64,000 nt of DNA from Myxococcota bacterium (GCA_039028615.1 JBCCHT010000013.1:1-64000); one strand, 5' to 3'; numbered from the stretch's first letter, positions 9,310 through 18,599 are shown. Notes: generated from the letters alone by a model not told the origin. Program-made: numbers and translations.

Positions 9310-9337
9310 CTGCGCCGGTCGCTGTCGAGCCGCGTTG
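9310..9337 (+). promoter_or_regulatory. Putative ECF-sigma promoter, copy 2
   Basis: CTGCGCC-N12-GCCGCGTTG after CGAAAAA, 9 nt upstream of ATG 9347. Confidence 0.6.
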
Positions 9338-9346
9338 GGTCCCCGA

Positions 9347-10051
9347 ATGGCAGATTCAACGCCTCATCCCTCGCTGCGCTCGTTGCTGGCGCGCCGTCAG
9401 TTCCTTCGCACGACCGCGGCCGGCCTGGTGCTGGTGGGCTGTGGACGCAACCGCCCCACCGAGCAAGCCACCACGAGCCTCCCGGAGCCGCCCGAGCAGG
9501 AGCTGATCCCGGTCGATGCGCCGTACGGTGGCGCGGCCGAGGTCGAGCCGGCCTCGTGCGGGGTGACCGAAGACAACATCGAGGGGCCGTTCTTCCGCCC
9601 CGATGCGCCCGTGTGCGAGGTGTCGGGGCAGGGGCACTGCGTGCTGAGTCGTGCCGATGCCCCGGGACAAGCGGTGACGATCCGTGGGCGGGTACTGGAT
9701 CGTGAGTGTCGGCCGATTCGAGGGGCGCGGCTGGAGATCTGGCACGCCGACCACGAGGGGGCGTACGACCATCGCGGCTTCGCCTACCGGGGGCAGCTCG
9801 ATAGCGACGACGCGGGCCGATACCGGCTCGATACCATCGTGCCGGGGCGCTATCTCAACGGCGATACCTATCGGCCGGCGCACATTCACGTGAAGGTGCG
9901 GGCGCCAGGGCGGCCGGTCTTGACCACGCAGCTGTATTTCGCGGGCGATCCGTACAACCGGGCCGACCCCTTCATTCGACGCTCGCTCATCATGAAGCTC
10001 ACCGAGGGAGCGCAGGGCGTGGCGCAGGCCGGCTTCGATTTCGTGGTCTGA
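9347..10051 (+). CDS. Tat-exported intradiol ring-cleavage dioxygenase-like lipoprotein
   Basis: ARRQFL + LVGC lipobox; NIEGPFF, LEIWHADHEGAY, IVPGRY, RPAHIHVKV, LTTQLYF. Confidence 0.85.
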   Translation: MADSTPHPSLRSLLARRQFLRTTAAGLVLVGCGRNRPTEQATTSLPEPPEQELIPVDAPYGGAAEVEPASCGVTEDNIEGPFFRPDAPVCEVSGQGHCVLSRADAPGQAVTIRGRVLDRECRPIRGARLEIWHADHEGAYDHRGFAYRGQLDSDDAGRYRLDTIVPGRYLNGDTYRPAHIHVKVRAPGRPVLTTQLYFAGDPYNRADPFIRRSLIMKLTEGAQGVAQAGFDFVV

Positions 10052-10108
10052 TTCCCCTCGAGGGCGGCCGGGCAGGGAGACTCGCGATGTGCGAGGATTC
10101 TGCGCTCG

Positions 10109-11131
10109 ATGAGCGGCTCTGCTTCCACCGTCGATCCGTGGCGGGTCACCGACGGCGTGATCGTCATCCGACCCCCGCGAGAGGGTGATGCTGCGCGGCT
10201 CTTGCAGGGGCGCGACGACGAGTTTCGGCGATGGTTCGGCAAGGGTGGCGACCATCCCCAGCCGACGGCATGCATCACCCGGGGCGAAGAGGTCATCGGG
10301 TGGGTCGACTACGACGCGGGCGAGGACCATCACTGGCTCGGGCCCGACGAGGTCAATGTCGGCTACAACGTGTTTGCGCCGTATCGGGGGCAGGGACTCG
10401 CGACGCGGGCGGTGATGTTGCTGATGCATCGCATCGCGGTGGAGGGCCAGGCCCGCACTGCCAGCGTGCTCATCGAGCGTGAGAACGTGGCCTCGGTCGG
10501 GGTGGCGATTCGCGCTCGGTTCGGCAACCAGCGCGAGCAGGGCAAGAACTACTACTTGAGTCGAGCGATTCCGCCGCTGACCTACGGCGATGGGGTGGTG
10601 TCGATTCGGCGGCAGGACCCGGCGGACCTCGAGATCGACCTGGCCGCGAAGGACGACGAGCAGATCGACTGGCTGTGGCTGCCGGGCGAGCGCGAGGCCT
10701 GGGAGGCGATGACGCCGGACGAGCAGCGCGCCCACACCCAGCGCTGGCTGCAGTCCACGCGCGACGACTTTGGCTCGGGGCCGAAGTGGGCGTTTTCCGT
10801 CGATACAGCCGAGGACCGTCATGTGGCCTTCGTGGGCTGCGACCTGGCGAACGAGGAGCTGCCAGCCGGGGACGCGAACCTGTCGTATTCGTCGCATCCG
10901 GCCCATCGGGGGCGGGGCTACGTGAGCCGGGCGGTGCGCCTGATGTTGCGGTTCGTCGCCGAGCATACCGGGGCTCGGCGGGTGCATCTGCTCGTCGACG
11001 AGGCCAATGCGCCGTCAGTACGGGTGGCCCGCGCGGTGACCGATGTGGTGCCCGTGGCCTACACCAACCCTCGCGGGCGGCCGTTCCTGCGCTTTTCCAT
11101 CGACTTGCCCGTACCCACCGTCCCGCGATGA
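10109..11131 (+). CDS. Tandem GNAT (RimJ/RimL-like) acetyltransferase
   Basis: Two acetyl-CoA loops: YRGQGLATRAV..NVASVGVA and HRGRGYVSRAV..NAPSVRVA. Confidence 0.85.
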   Translation: MSGSASTVDPWRVTDGVIVIRPPREGDAARLLQGRDDEFRRWFGKGGDHPQPTACITRGEEVIGWVDYDAGEDHHWLGPDEVNVGYNVFAPYRGQGLATRAVMLLMHRIAVEGQARTASVLIERENVASVGVAIRARFGNQREQGKNYYLSRAIPPLTYGDGVVSIRRQDPADLEIDLAAKDDEQIDWLWLPGEREAWEAMTPDEQRAHTQRWLQSTRDDFGSGPKWAFSVDTAEDRHVAFVGCDLANEELPAGDANLSYSSHPAHRGRGYVSRAVRLMLRFVAEHTGARRVHLLVDEANAPSVRVARAVTDVVPVAYTNPRGRPFLRFSIDLPVPTVPR

Positions 11132-12384
11132 TCCACCGCTTCGTACCCGCCGAGTCCTCCGACTTCGACCAGCTGTGGGCGCTGCATCGACAGAGCCATC
11201 GCGGATTCGTGGAGCAGGGCGGGGAGAGCTGGAACGAGGCGCAGCAGCGGGTGGCCTTCACCCGAGCCTTCGCCACGCAGGACATGCAGCGGGTCGAGGT
11301 CGATGGCGAGACGGTGGGCATGCTCTCGGTGGCCTGGGACGAGAGCCCGGTCGTGGTGCATGCGGTCGAGCTGTGGCCGCAGTGGCAGGGCCGGGGGTTG
11401 GGCACGCGCCTGGTCCACGATGTGCTGCTGCGGGCGCAACAGCTCGAGTGTGGGGTGGAGGTGGAGGTGCACGCGGCCAATCCCGCGCGGGCGTTGTTCG
11501 AGCGGCTGGGGTTCAAGCCCACCACGGCCACTGCGACGCACCAGCGGCTCGCGTGGGCGCAGAGCATTCGGACGCAGGTGACGCTCGAGGCGGCGATGTC
11601 TCCGTGGCTGGACGAGGGGCGGCGCCGGGCCTGGGCGCGTCGGTTGTTCGAGACCGCGCCGGATCGGGAGCTGGAGTTCATTCGCTTCGCGGCGGGGCGC
11701 CACGGCCTGGCCGACGAGGCGACGGTGCTCGACGCCGAGGCAGGCACAGGGCGGCGATTGCCCGGGCTGGCCGCGCGGGGCTGGCAGGTCACGGCGCTGT
11801 GCCCCGACGCTGACTACGCCAAGGCCGCGCAGCGGGTCAGTGCGCGTGTCCGCTCGGTGGTGCAGGTGCACACCGAGGGCATCGAAGCGCTCGAGGACGA
11901 CGGACGCTACGACCTGGCCATCGCCTTCGAGGGGGCGCTGTGGTCCCGCCTGACGCACGAGGCTCGGGTGGCGGCCGCCCGACGCCTACGCACCGCGGTG
12001 CGCCCAGGCGGGCTCCTGGTGGTCGAGGGACCCAATTCTCTGGCGGTGCTCCACGCGGGAGGTCAGCCGCCCGTGCGGACCGAGCTGTATCACCGCGCGC
12101 AGGTCTCCCAGATCCCTCGGCTCGACCTCGACACACACGACGGCGTCGCCACCTACCGCGATGCCATCGGCGTGGACATCGACGGGGTCGGGGTTGCCGA
12201 CTGGGTCGAGCGCCGCCAGGTGGCGTTGATGGGGCTGCCGCTGTTGCGCGTGGCCCTGGTCGAGGCGGGCTGGGAAGGCGTGGAGGTCTATCGCGACCTG
12301 GATGGCACCGGGCCGGCCCGTGTCTCGGGGCCGACCGTCGTGCTCACCGCGACAGCTCCGGATCGACGGCAAAGCCCCGGCTGA
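11128..12384 (+). CDS. GNAT acetyltransferase fused to class I SAM-methyltransferase-like domain
   Basis: WQGRGLGTRL..NPARALFERLGF, then VLDAEAGTGR, YDLAIAF, VRPGGLLVVE; overlaps the upstream stop. Confidence 0.75.
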   Translation: MIHRFVPAESSDFDQLWALHRQSHRGFVEQGGESWNEAQQRVAFTRAFATQDMQRVEVDGETVGMLSVAWDESPVVVHAVELWPQWQGRGLGTRLVHDVLLRAQQLECGVEVEVHAANPARALFERLGFKPTTATATHQRLAWAQSIRTQVTLEAAMSPWLDEGRRRAWARRLFETAPDRELEFIRFAAGRHGLADEATVLDAEAGTGRRLPGLAARGWQVTALCPDADYAKAAQRVSARVRSVVQVHTEGIEALEDDGRYDLAIAFEGALWSRLTHEARVAAARRLRTAVRPGGLLVVEGPNSLAVLHAGGQPPVRTELYHRAQVSQIPRLDLDTHDGVATYRDAIGVDIDGVGVADWVERRQVALMGLPLLRVALVEAGWEGVEVYRDLDGTGPARVSGPTVVLTATAPDRRQSPG

Positions 12385-13816
12385 AGTGCACCCACGGGCC
12401 CTTGATCCCCACCTGGGCGTGCCACCCGGTGGGCACGGCGGGGTCGGCCCAGTGAAACAGCCAGCGCGCGTCGGCGGGCGGGATGTTGGTGCAGCCGTGG
12501 CTGCGCACATTGCCGAAGGTGTCGTGCCAATAGGCGCCATGCAGCGCGAACGAGCCCCAGTAGTACATCGTCCACGGGACCTGCTCGACCTCATAGGTGC
12601 CCTTGTCCGGGTCGGGGCCCGACATGGTCACCGTGGTGTACTTCTTGTGGATGCGGAACACCCCCAGCGGTGGCTCGTAGCCTTCGATGCCCGACGACAC
12701 CAGGGTCGCGAGCACGGGCTGATCGCCCTCGTAGGCCACCAACAGCTGCTGGCGAAGGTCGATGTCGATCCACTTGTCGCCCGCGGGGACTTCCTCGGGG
12801 CGAGGCCGCACCCGGGCGATGCGAACCTGGTCCCGGGCTACGGCAAAGCCGTCTTTGGCGATGACCAGGGTCTGTCCGTCGTCTTCGCGCACCGACTCGA
12901 TGGCGAAGCGGGAGAATTTCTCGGCCGTGCCGCGGGTCTTGCCCGTTTCGGGGTCGAGCAGCGCGGCCTCGTCGACGTGCACGAAGGCCAGGGGCAGCGC
13001 ATCGGCGCCGTCGACCAGCTCGCCGTGCATCGTGGGCTCCGGCTTGATCGTCAGGTCCTGCTCGCGGACGTAGAAGCCGCGCACGGTACGGTTGATCTTG
13101 GTGTCGCCGACCTCGGTCGACTGATCGATCGCCACGAAGTGGATGCCCTGGGCCTGCGCGCGAATGGGCTCGGTGGAGCCCGAGGCCAGCTCGGACTCGG
13201 TGGGCATGCGCCAATAAAGCGGCGCAGGCACGTTCACCTTGGCGTAGCGATAGGGCAGGGGCTGGTCCATCTGCGGGACCCCCACTTGCAGCGACTCGCG
13301 CAGCGGCGCGGGGTCGGTGGAGACGCTGAACCCATCGGCAGAGCACACGTAGCCGCCGCCCTCGAGCGCGTACCAGCTGCGGCTACAGCCATCGCCGGGC
13401 ACGTAGCGGTCGACCGCGAGCCGCGTGTTGCGGCGCACCAGCCCCGAGATGCGGCGCGCCGCATTGGGGTAGTGGAACACGGGCGAATCGAACTGGAAGG
13501 CCTGGGCGATACGGTAGTCGGTCTCGCCCGCGGTCACCTGGTAGGCGGGGACGTCCTTCAGCGCCCGCATCGGCGGCCGGCTCAGGTGCAGGACGTCGGA
13601 CTCGGTGGCCTCGCGCGGGTGCACCCCGGTGCGCGCGGTCGCGGCGTGGGTGGGACCGTCGTCCGCGGCAGCAGCAACAGGCTGGCCCTCGGCCGCTTCG
13701 GCGCCGCCGCTCCGGGGCTCTTCGCTGCCGTCCTCGTCTTCGGGGGCGGAGTCGCAGCCCGGCACCAGCCCGGTCAGCAGGGCGAGCGCAATCGAGGCCG
13801 AGGTCAGCGGGCGCAT
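12344..13816 (-). CDS. L,D-transpeptidase (YkuD) lipoprotein
   Basis: Lipobox LVPGC; WIDIDLRQQLLVAYEG; ALHGAYWH..RSHGCTN catalytic motif. Confidence 0.9.
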   Translation of the reverse strand: MRPLTSASIALALLTGLVPGCDSAPEDEDGSEEPRSGGAEAAEGQPVAAAADDGPTHAATARTGVHPREATESDVLHLSRPPMRALKDVPAYQVTAGETDYRIAQAFQFDSPVFHYPNAARRISGLVRRNTRLAVDRYVPGDGCSRSWYALEGGGYVCSADGFSVSTDPAPLRESLQVGVPQMDQPLPYRYAKVNVPAPLYWRMPTESELASGSTEPIRAQAQGIHFVAIDQSTEVGDTKINRTVRGFYVREQDLTIKPEPTMHGELVDGADALPLAFVHVDEAALLDPETGKTRGTAEKFSRFAIESVREDDGQTLVIAKDGFAVARDQVRIARVRPRPEEVPAGDKWIDIDLRQQLLVAYEGDQPVLATLVSSGIEGYEPPLGVFRIHKKYTTVTMSGPDPDKGTYEVEQVPWTMYYWGSFALHGAYWHDTFGNVRSHGCTNIPPADARWLFHWADPAVPTGWHAQVGIKGPWVHFSRGFAVDPELSR

Positions 13817-14787
13817 GGCAGCTCGTCGAGCAATCGTTGAAGAACCGCCGCTCCGCTGCGCTCGCGGGGCGCCCCGGTGAGCCGGCAGTGGGCGCGGCTC
13901 AGCTTGCCGAGCAGACGCTCGTAGCGCTGTCGGGCGATGCGAGGGGCCCGGGCCAGCTTGGCGCTCAGGGGCTCGGTGGGCTCGAGCAGCAGTCGGGCCT
14001 CCGGCGTGCCGCACAGATAAGGACAGGCCCGGGGGCGGCGAGGGCTCAGCGTGCTGCCGCCCGTGATGTACACGCTGGCGATGCGCTCGCCGTACTCCCG
14101 CGCGTGCAGGTCGTCGAAGTAGCGCTCGTCCTGGAACGCGCCCGGCCAGGCCCAGCCGATCTTCAGGCCGGCGCCTTGGCGACGGAGTCGTTCGGTCTGC
14201 GCCAGCTGATGGGCGACGTACGGGGGCAGCCCGTCGAGGCGCTGTAGCCCCGGCAGATCGCGGCGCCCGAGCGTGGAGCTGAGGCACACGTCGACCGGGA
14301 AGCCCAGGCACTCGATGACCTCGTTGAGGCGGCGCTCGACCTGCACGGCCTTGCGGCGCACGGCGAGGGCGTCTTGGCCCGAGGCCTGGGCGTTGCTGTC
14401 GGCCACCAAGATGAGACTGCTCGACCACCCGAGGGCGCGGCGGACCATCTCTTGGGCATAGACCAGACCCAGCACGTCGAGCGGCAGACCGCGGCTGAGG
14501 GCACCCGCCGTGGTCACGCCCACGCCGAACCACGCCGTGTCGGCCTCGGCCAGCGCCGCCGTCTCGAGACGGTGGGGCGACCGGGTCCCGCGCAAGAACA
14601 ACTCCTGGCGCTCCAGCAAGGTGGTCAAGCGGTCTGCCCGTGCGTCTCCGGCAAGGGAGGGGGCAGACGTTATGGACCGCTGGATCGCGCGCATCGTCCT
14701 AGGCCGAGCGAGGTTCGGCATCCGTACCATCGCCCCTCGAAGCGGTGCAAGGAATCGGCGGGCGTACGCGGCGAAGCCGGCGCGCAT
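13804..14787 (-). CDS. Hypothetical protein, possible class I aaRS-like (Tyr/TrpRS) Rossmann fold
   Basis: WFGVGVTT, LILVADSNA, YVAHQLAQ, KIGW..DERYFD motifs; stop overlaps the LDT start; own start uncertain. Confidence 0.55.
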   Translation of the reverse strand: MRAGFAAYARRFLAPLRGAMVRMPNLARPRTMRAIQRSITSAPSLAGDARADRLTTLLERQELFLRGTRSPHRLETAALAEADTAWFGVGVTTAGALSRGLPLDVLGLVYAQEMVRRALGWSSSLILVADSNAQASGQDALAVRRKAVQVERRLNEVIECLGFPVDVCLSSTLGRRDLPGLQRLDGLPPYVAHQLAQTERLRRQGAGLKIGWAWPGAFQDERYFDDLHAREYGERIASVYITGGSTLSPRRPRACPYLCGTPEARLLLEPTEPLSAKLARAPRIARQRYERLLGKLSRAHCRLTGAPRERSGAAVLQRLLDELPCAR

Positions 14788-14841
14788 TCCCGTAGCGCTC
14801 GTTTTTCTTGGACCCAGGACGGATCCGAGGGCCCGCTCGCG

Positions 14842-15312
14842 CTAGATCTCGAGCTCCGCGACCAGCTGGCGAGTTGCCCGCATCAGGCTCAGCGTCTGCT
14901 CGAGCGTCGGGGTGAACCGGAGGTAGTTCCGCTCCACCCCGAGCACGACGAAGTACCGGTCGTCGTACTTGCCGTCTTTGATGATGGACAGCGGCCGGCC
15001 GTCGGTCGTGCCCAGCTCGAACGCTCGCTCGTCGGCGTACCGCCAGGTGCCGTCGGCACGGGCGGTCGCGCGGTGCTTCGGGTTCCGAAACGTCTGCTCG
15101 AAGAATTCGCTCAACCTCCGCAGATTTGCTGGAGAATCGATGCGGCAACCCACGTCGAACATGCCCACGGTGAGCTGGACTTCCCACGTCGGCTTCGCGC
15201 GGGACACCGACTCGAGCAGCTCGATTTCGACGTCACCGTCCCGGCCACATGCGTGCAATCCCCAGGACTCCGCGGGCTCGGATTCGTGGTCGACCGGTCC
15301 TGGTTCAGCCAT
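14842..15312 (-). CDS. Hypothetical protein
   Basis: 156-aa ORF with globular composition, just downstream of the tRNA. Confidence 0.55.
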   Translation of the reverse strand: MAEPGPVDHESEPAESWGLHACGRDGDVEIELLESVSRAKPTWEVQLTVGMFDVGCRIDSPANLRRLSEFFEQTFRNPKHRATARADGTWRYADERAFELGTTDGRPLSIIKDGKYDDRYFVVLGVERNYLRFTPTLEQTLSLMRATRQLVAELEI

Positions 15313-15390
15313 GCAAAAACCGCCCGTCGAGGCATTCGCGCACGCGCGGTCCGTGGAGTTCCGCTGCGTCGGGGGCGAATCGCCCGTCGG

Positions 15391-15470
15391 TGCCCGGGGC
15401 GGGACTCGAACCCGCACTCTTGCGAAGGGGATTTTAAGTCCCCCGTGTCTACCAGTTCCACCACCCGGGC
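15391..15470 (-). tRNA. tRNA-Leu (anticodon UAA)
   Basis: Minus strand GCCCGGG-TGGTGGAACTGGTAGACAC-GGGGA-CTTAAAA-TCCCC-TTCGCAAGAGT-GCGGG-TTCGAGT-CCCGC-CCCGGGC-A; followed by CCG, so CCA is not fully encoded. Confidence 0.95.
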
Positions 15471-15533
15471 CGTGGGTAGCGCGCCAGAGCATACGGCAAT
15501 CGCGAACCCCCGTGGGCGCGCTATCCTCCCGCC

Positions 15534-16259
15534 ATGCATTATCTTGATTGGGCTCGATCCTCGCGGACTGTGCTGGCCTTGCTGCTGGCAACGGTCGGCG
15601 CGTGCTCGGACGACGGTCTCGTCCCCGACGCCGGCGGGACGCAGGCGGGCTCCACCAGCGGTAACGATGGCAACGGCGTCGCCACCAGCAGCGTCAACAC
15701 CTCGGACACCGTGACCGCCAGCGGCAGCGGCGACGACAGCAACGAGGGCAAGCTCGACATCCCGCCCGTGGGGGACAGCACCGGGGGCGCGGACGACTCC
15801 GGCGATACCGAGGGGGCCGACAGCGGCACGGGCCTCGACACCGGGGAAGAGGGCGGATCCTCGACCGGCGGCGCGCCGCCCGAGCCGGAGTGCGTCATGG
15901 GTGAGGAATGCGGCTGCAATCCGGATCTGGTCAGCTGCGATCTCCCCCCGCCCGAGTGCCCGCCCGACCTCGTGCCGCTCGTCGACGACGAGACCGGGTG
16001 CTGGGACGGCGCCTGCGTGCCCATCGAGGCCTGCTTCACGGTGTTCGACTGCGAGATGTGCGACGACGACGAGGCCTGCGTCTCGGCGGTGAACCTCGGG
16101 GGCCCGCAGCTGACGTGCCAGCCCATCGATCCCGGCTGCGTGGACATGGTGCCGACCTGCGAGTGTATGCCCACGGCGTGCGACCGGCCGTTCTTTCAGT
16201 GCGTGCCGACCCCGGTGGGGAGCGACCACGACCTGACCTGCGTCTGTCCGACCTGCTGA
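15534..16259 (+). CDS. Cys-rich lipoprotein with Ser/Thr/Gly/Asp linker
   Basis: Lipobox VGAC; low-complexity linker; Cys-rich C-terminal domain. Confidence 0.75.
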   Translation: MHYLDWARSSRTVLALLLATVGACSDDGLVPDAGGTQAGSTSGNDGNGVATSSVNTSDTVTASGSGDDSNEGKLDIPPVGDSTGGADDSGDTEGADSGTGLDTGEEGGSSTGGAPPEPECVMGEECGCNPDLVSCDLPPPECPPDLVPLVDDETGCWDGACVPIEACFTVFDCEMCDDDEACVSAVNLGGPQLTCQPIDPGCVDMVPTCECMPTACDRPFFQCVPTPVGSDHDLTCVCPTC

Positions 16260-16266
16260 GCGCGGC

Positions 16267-17535
16267 TCAGCCGTTTCGGCCCCCGCCCGCGTCGACGGGG
16301 CAGAGGGTCGCGGCGTGACGGGCGAGGTTGGAGTTCGGGTGCCGCCGCAGCAGCGCCGCCGCTTCGCCGCGCGCCTGCGGGCCCTTGCCCTGCGTGCACA
16401 GCACTTCTACGCGGAGGGCGTCTCGGGCCTGGCTCAGCGGGCTTTGCGGGTAGTCGCGGGCATGGTGCTCGAGCAACCGCAGGGCGTCGTCGGGTCGGCG
16501 GGCGTCGAGGGCCTTGCGGGCCTGGGCGAGGGCGCGGGTCTGGGCATCGAGATCGTCGGCGTCGAGCGGGGCACGAGGGCGCGGTTGCGCCGTGGTCCCG
16601 ACGGCGGCGGCGCCTTGGGCTTGGAGGGGCGTGCTGGGACGCGGTCGCGTCGTGGTCGGGACCGGGGCCGCCGAATCGGCCGCGAGATGCTGAACGTCCG
16701 TGGTGGTGACTGCGGGCGACGGGGCAGAGGGCTCGGCCGTGGGCGGTGGAGTGGCGGAGCGAGCTCGGGCCACCGCGACGGTCGGGGCGGACTCGTTCGT
16801 CTCCATGGGCGTCGGGGACCCGTCGCTCGATGAAGGAGAGGGGCTCGCGAGCATCGCCGTGGTCACCCCCGCGAGGAGCATTCCGCCCGCGGCCAGCCAT
16901 ACCTTGGCGGACACCGAGGGAATGAGCGAAGAGCCGGCCACGGGCACCCGGAGCGCAGGCAGCAGCAGCGCGAAGCCCCGTTGCAGCCGTGCGGGCTCCG
17001 GCTGGGCCCGGGGTCGGGTCTCGAGCAGGGCGACCTCCAGCCGCTTTCGTACCTTTCGCAGCCGGCCATAGGCCGCGTCGACCCCGATGCCCAGATGCTG
17101 GGCGATCTCGGCCCCCGTGCATCCGTGGAGCTCCCCGAGCACGAACACGTCGCGGTGACGCTCGTCGAGGTCGGCGGCGAAGCGCACGAGGAACTGCCGC
17201 GCCTCGACCCGCGCCTGAAGCACGTGGCGCGGTGGCGCGACCGTTTCCATGGCCGCCAGGGCGTCGCGCTTGCGGCCATGGCGTTGCTGGCCTCGTCGCG
17301 TCCGCGAGGCGATCCGTCGGGCGATGCCCACCAGCCACGGCCGCACGGGCCGGGCCGGATCGTAGCTGTCGCGCCGTCGATAGGCGGTGATGAACACGTC
17401 CTGAAGGGCATCGGCGATGGAATCCACGCCCAAGCGCTTGAGCACGGCCCACACGTAGGCGAAGTGGTCTTGGTAGAGCCGCTCGAAGCTCCGCAGGTCG
17501 CCCAGGTCGTAGCTGGCGGTGTCGGCAGGGGTCAC
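16267..17535 (-). CDS. ECF sigma factor with C-terminal TM, Pro-rich linker and TPR-like domain
   Basis: FERLYQDHFAYVW, DALQDVFITAY, RPWLVGIARR, VFVLGELHGCTGAEIA, then TM and LAQARKALDA..YPQSPL. Confidence 0.85.
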   Translation of the reverse strand: MTPADTASYDLGDLRSFERLYQDHFAYVWAVLKRLGVDSIADALQDVFITAYRRRDSYDPARPVRPWLVGIARRIASRTRRGQQRHGRKRDALAAMETVAPPRHVLQARVEARQFLVRFAADLDERHRDVFVLGELHGCTGAEIAQHLGIGVDAAYGRLRKVRKRLEVALLETRPRAQPEPARLQRGFALLLPALRVPVAGSSLIPSVSAKVWLAAGGMLLAGVTTAMLASPSPSSSDGSPTPMETNESAPTVAVARARSATPPPTAEPSAPSPAVTTTDVQHLAADSAAPVPTTTRPRPSTPLQAQGAAAVGTTAQPRPRAPLDADDLDAQTRALAQARKALDARRPDDALRLLEHHARDYPQSPLSQARDALRVEVLCTQGKGPQARGEAAALLRRHPNSNLARHAATLCPVDAGGGRNG

Positions 17536-18599
17536 TCGTTAGAGGCCTTCCCCGGCTCGGCGAAAAATTGGCCTCCCCAGCGAAATTCGATCCCCAGCGC
17601 CGCGCGGGCGGTCACGGGCGCGGTTTGGTACAGGAGCAGGTCGCCGTGCCGATACTGCCGTGGAGTCAGCGGGATCATGGCCTCGAGGCGCGAAAACACG
17701 GCCCAGCGGGGGGCGAAGCGCACGATGAAACCCGTGCCGGCCCCCGCCGCGACCCAGGGATCGCCCGCCCGACGGTCGGCATCGGGACCGAAGTGGGTGG
17801 CCACCAGCATGCCGGCCTCGGTCAACCCGCACAGCGGGACCTCGACCGCAGGGACGCCCAGCCGGACACACGCGCCCGCTCGGAGGGCCACCACCTGCAC
17901 CCGGCCGCGACCCGCCTCGGGCTCCGTGGACGGCACGCGCTGCGGTGGTAGGTACAGGGCTTCGAGTCGAGCGCGCCACCGCGGTCGCCTCCAGGCCAAG
18001 CCCAGCGAAGGGCCAAACGAGAGCCGCGAGAGGCTCCCCAGGTCCCCCCAGGCAGCGACCTGAAGCGACGCACCGCGGTCGAAGCGCGAAGGTCTGCGCG
18101 TGGGGTTGGGGGCCGGGTGAGTCACCGCCTCCGCATCGGCCGAGCCGCTCGGTTCGGTGGCGGTCGCCTGTACCTCGAGCGGGGGTGGAGGCACCAGGGT
18201 CGACGCCACCGCGGGCAGCTCGACCGCGTGCGAGACGGCGATCGGATCGCCCATCACCGCCACCAGTAGCGTGATCGCATTCGCCAGCGCCTCGCAGTCC
18301 GCCGCATCGAGGACGCGCTCGTCCGTCTGTCCGTCCCAGGTGATGCGAAGTCGACCTCGCCAGCCGGTACCGTGGGGGACAACCTGCGCGCGAGCACGCA
18401 GTGCCACGGTGCGCGAACCGAGCAACGAGTCCAGCCGTGCGGACACCCGAGCCTGGGACGGACACGCCTCACTCGGGGCGTTCCAGTGCAGCGTGGGGGA
18501 CTGGGCGGGGCTCAGCGCGATCAAGGCCATCGCCAGCGGAGCCGCCATCCTCCTGCACCGTAGCAGTCTGGAGGCTGCTTTCGAGCCCGTTGGGCTCAA
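17532..18599 (-). CDS. Exported protein coupled to the ECF gene (C-terminal beta-barrel-like)
   Basis: Signal-like N-terminus, WNAPSEACP, ADCEALANA, amphipathic beta strands ending LGIEFRW; ATGA overlap. Confidence 0.7.
   Translation of the reverse strand: MSPTGSKAASRLLRCRRMAAPLAMALIALSPAQSPTLHWNAPSEACPSQARVSARLDSLLGSRTVALRARAQVVPHGTGWRGRLRITWDGQTDERVLDAADCEALANAITLLVAVMGDPIAVSHAVELPAVASTLVPPPPLEVQATATEPSGSADAEAVTHPAPNPTRRPSRFDRGASLQVAAWGDLGSLSRLSFGPSLGLAWRRPRWRARLEALYLPPQRVPSTEPEAGRGRVQVVALRAGACVRLGVPAVEVPLCGLTEAGMLVATHFGPDADRRAGDPWVAAGAGTGFIVRFAPRWAVFSRLEAMIPLTPRQYRHGDLLLYQTAPVTARAALGIEFRWGGQFFAEPGKASNE

Noticed and set aside
13817..14533. N-terminal extension of the L,D-transpeptidase ORF
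   Set aside because: Off-frame read-through of the upstream gene; the signal peptide begins at 13816.
14842..15470. Integrative element at tRNA-Leu
   Set aside because: No integrase and no duplicated tRNA 3' end seen in the window.
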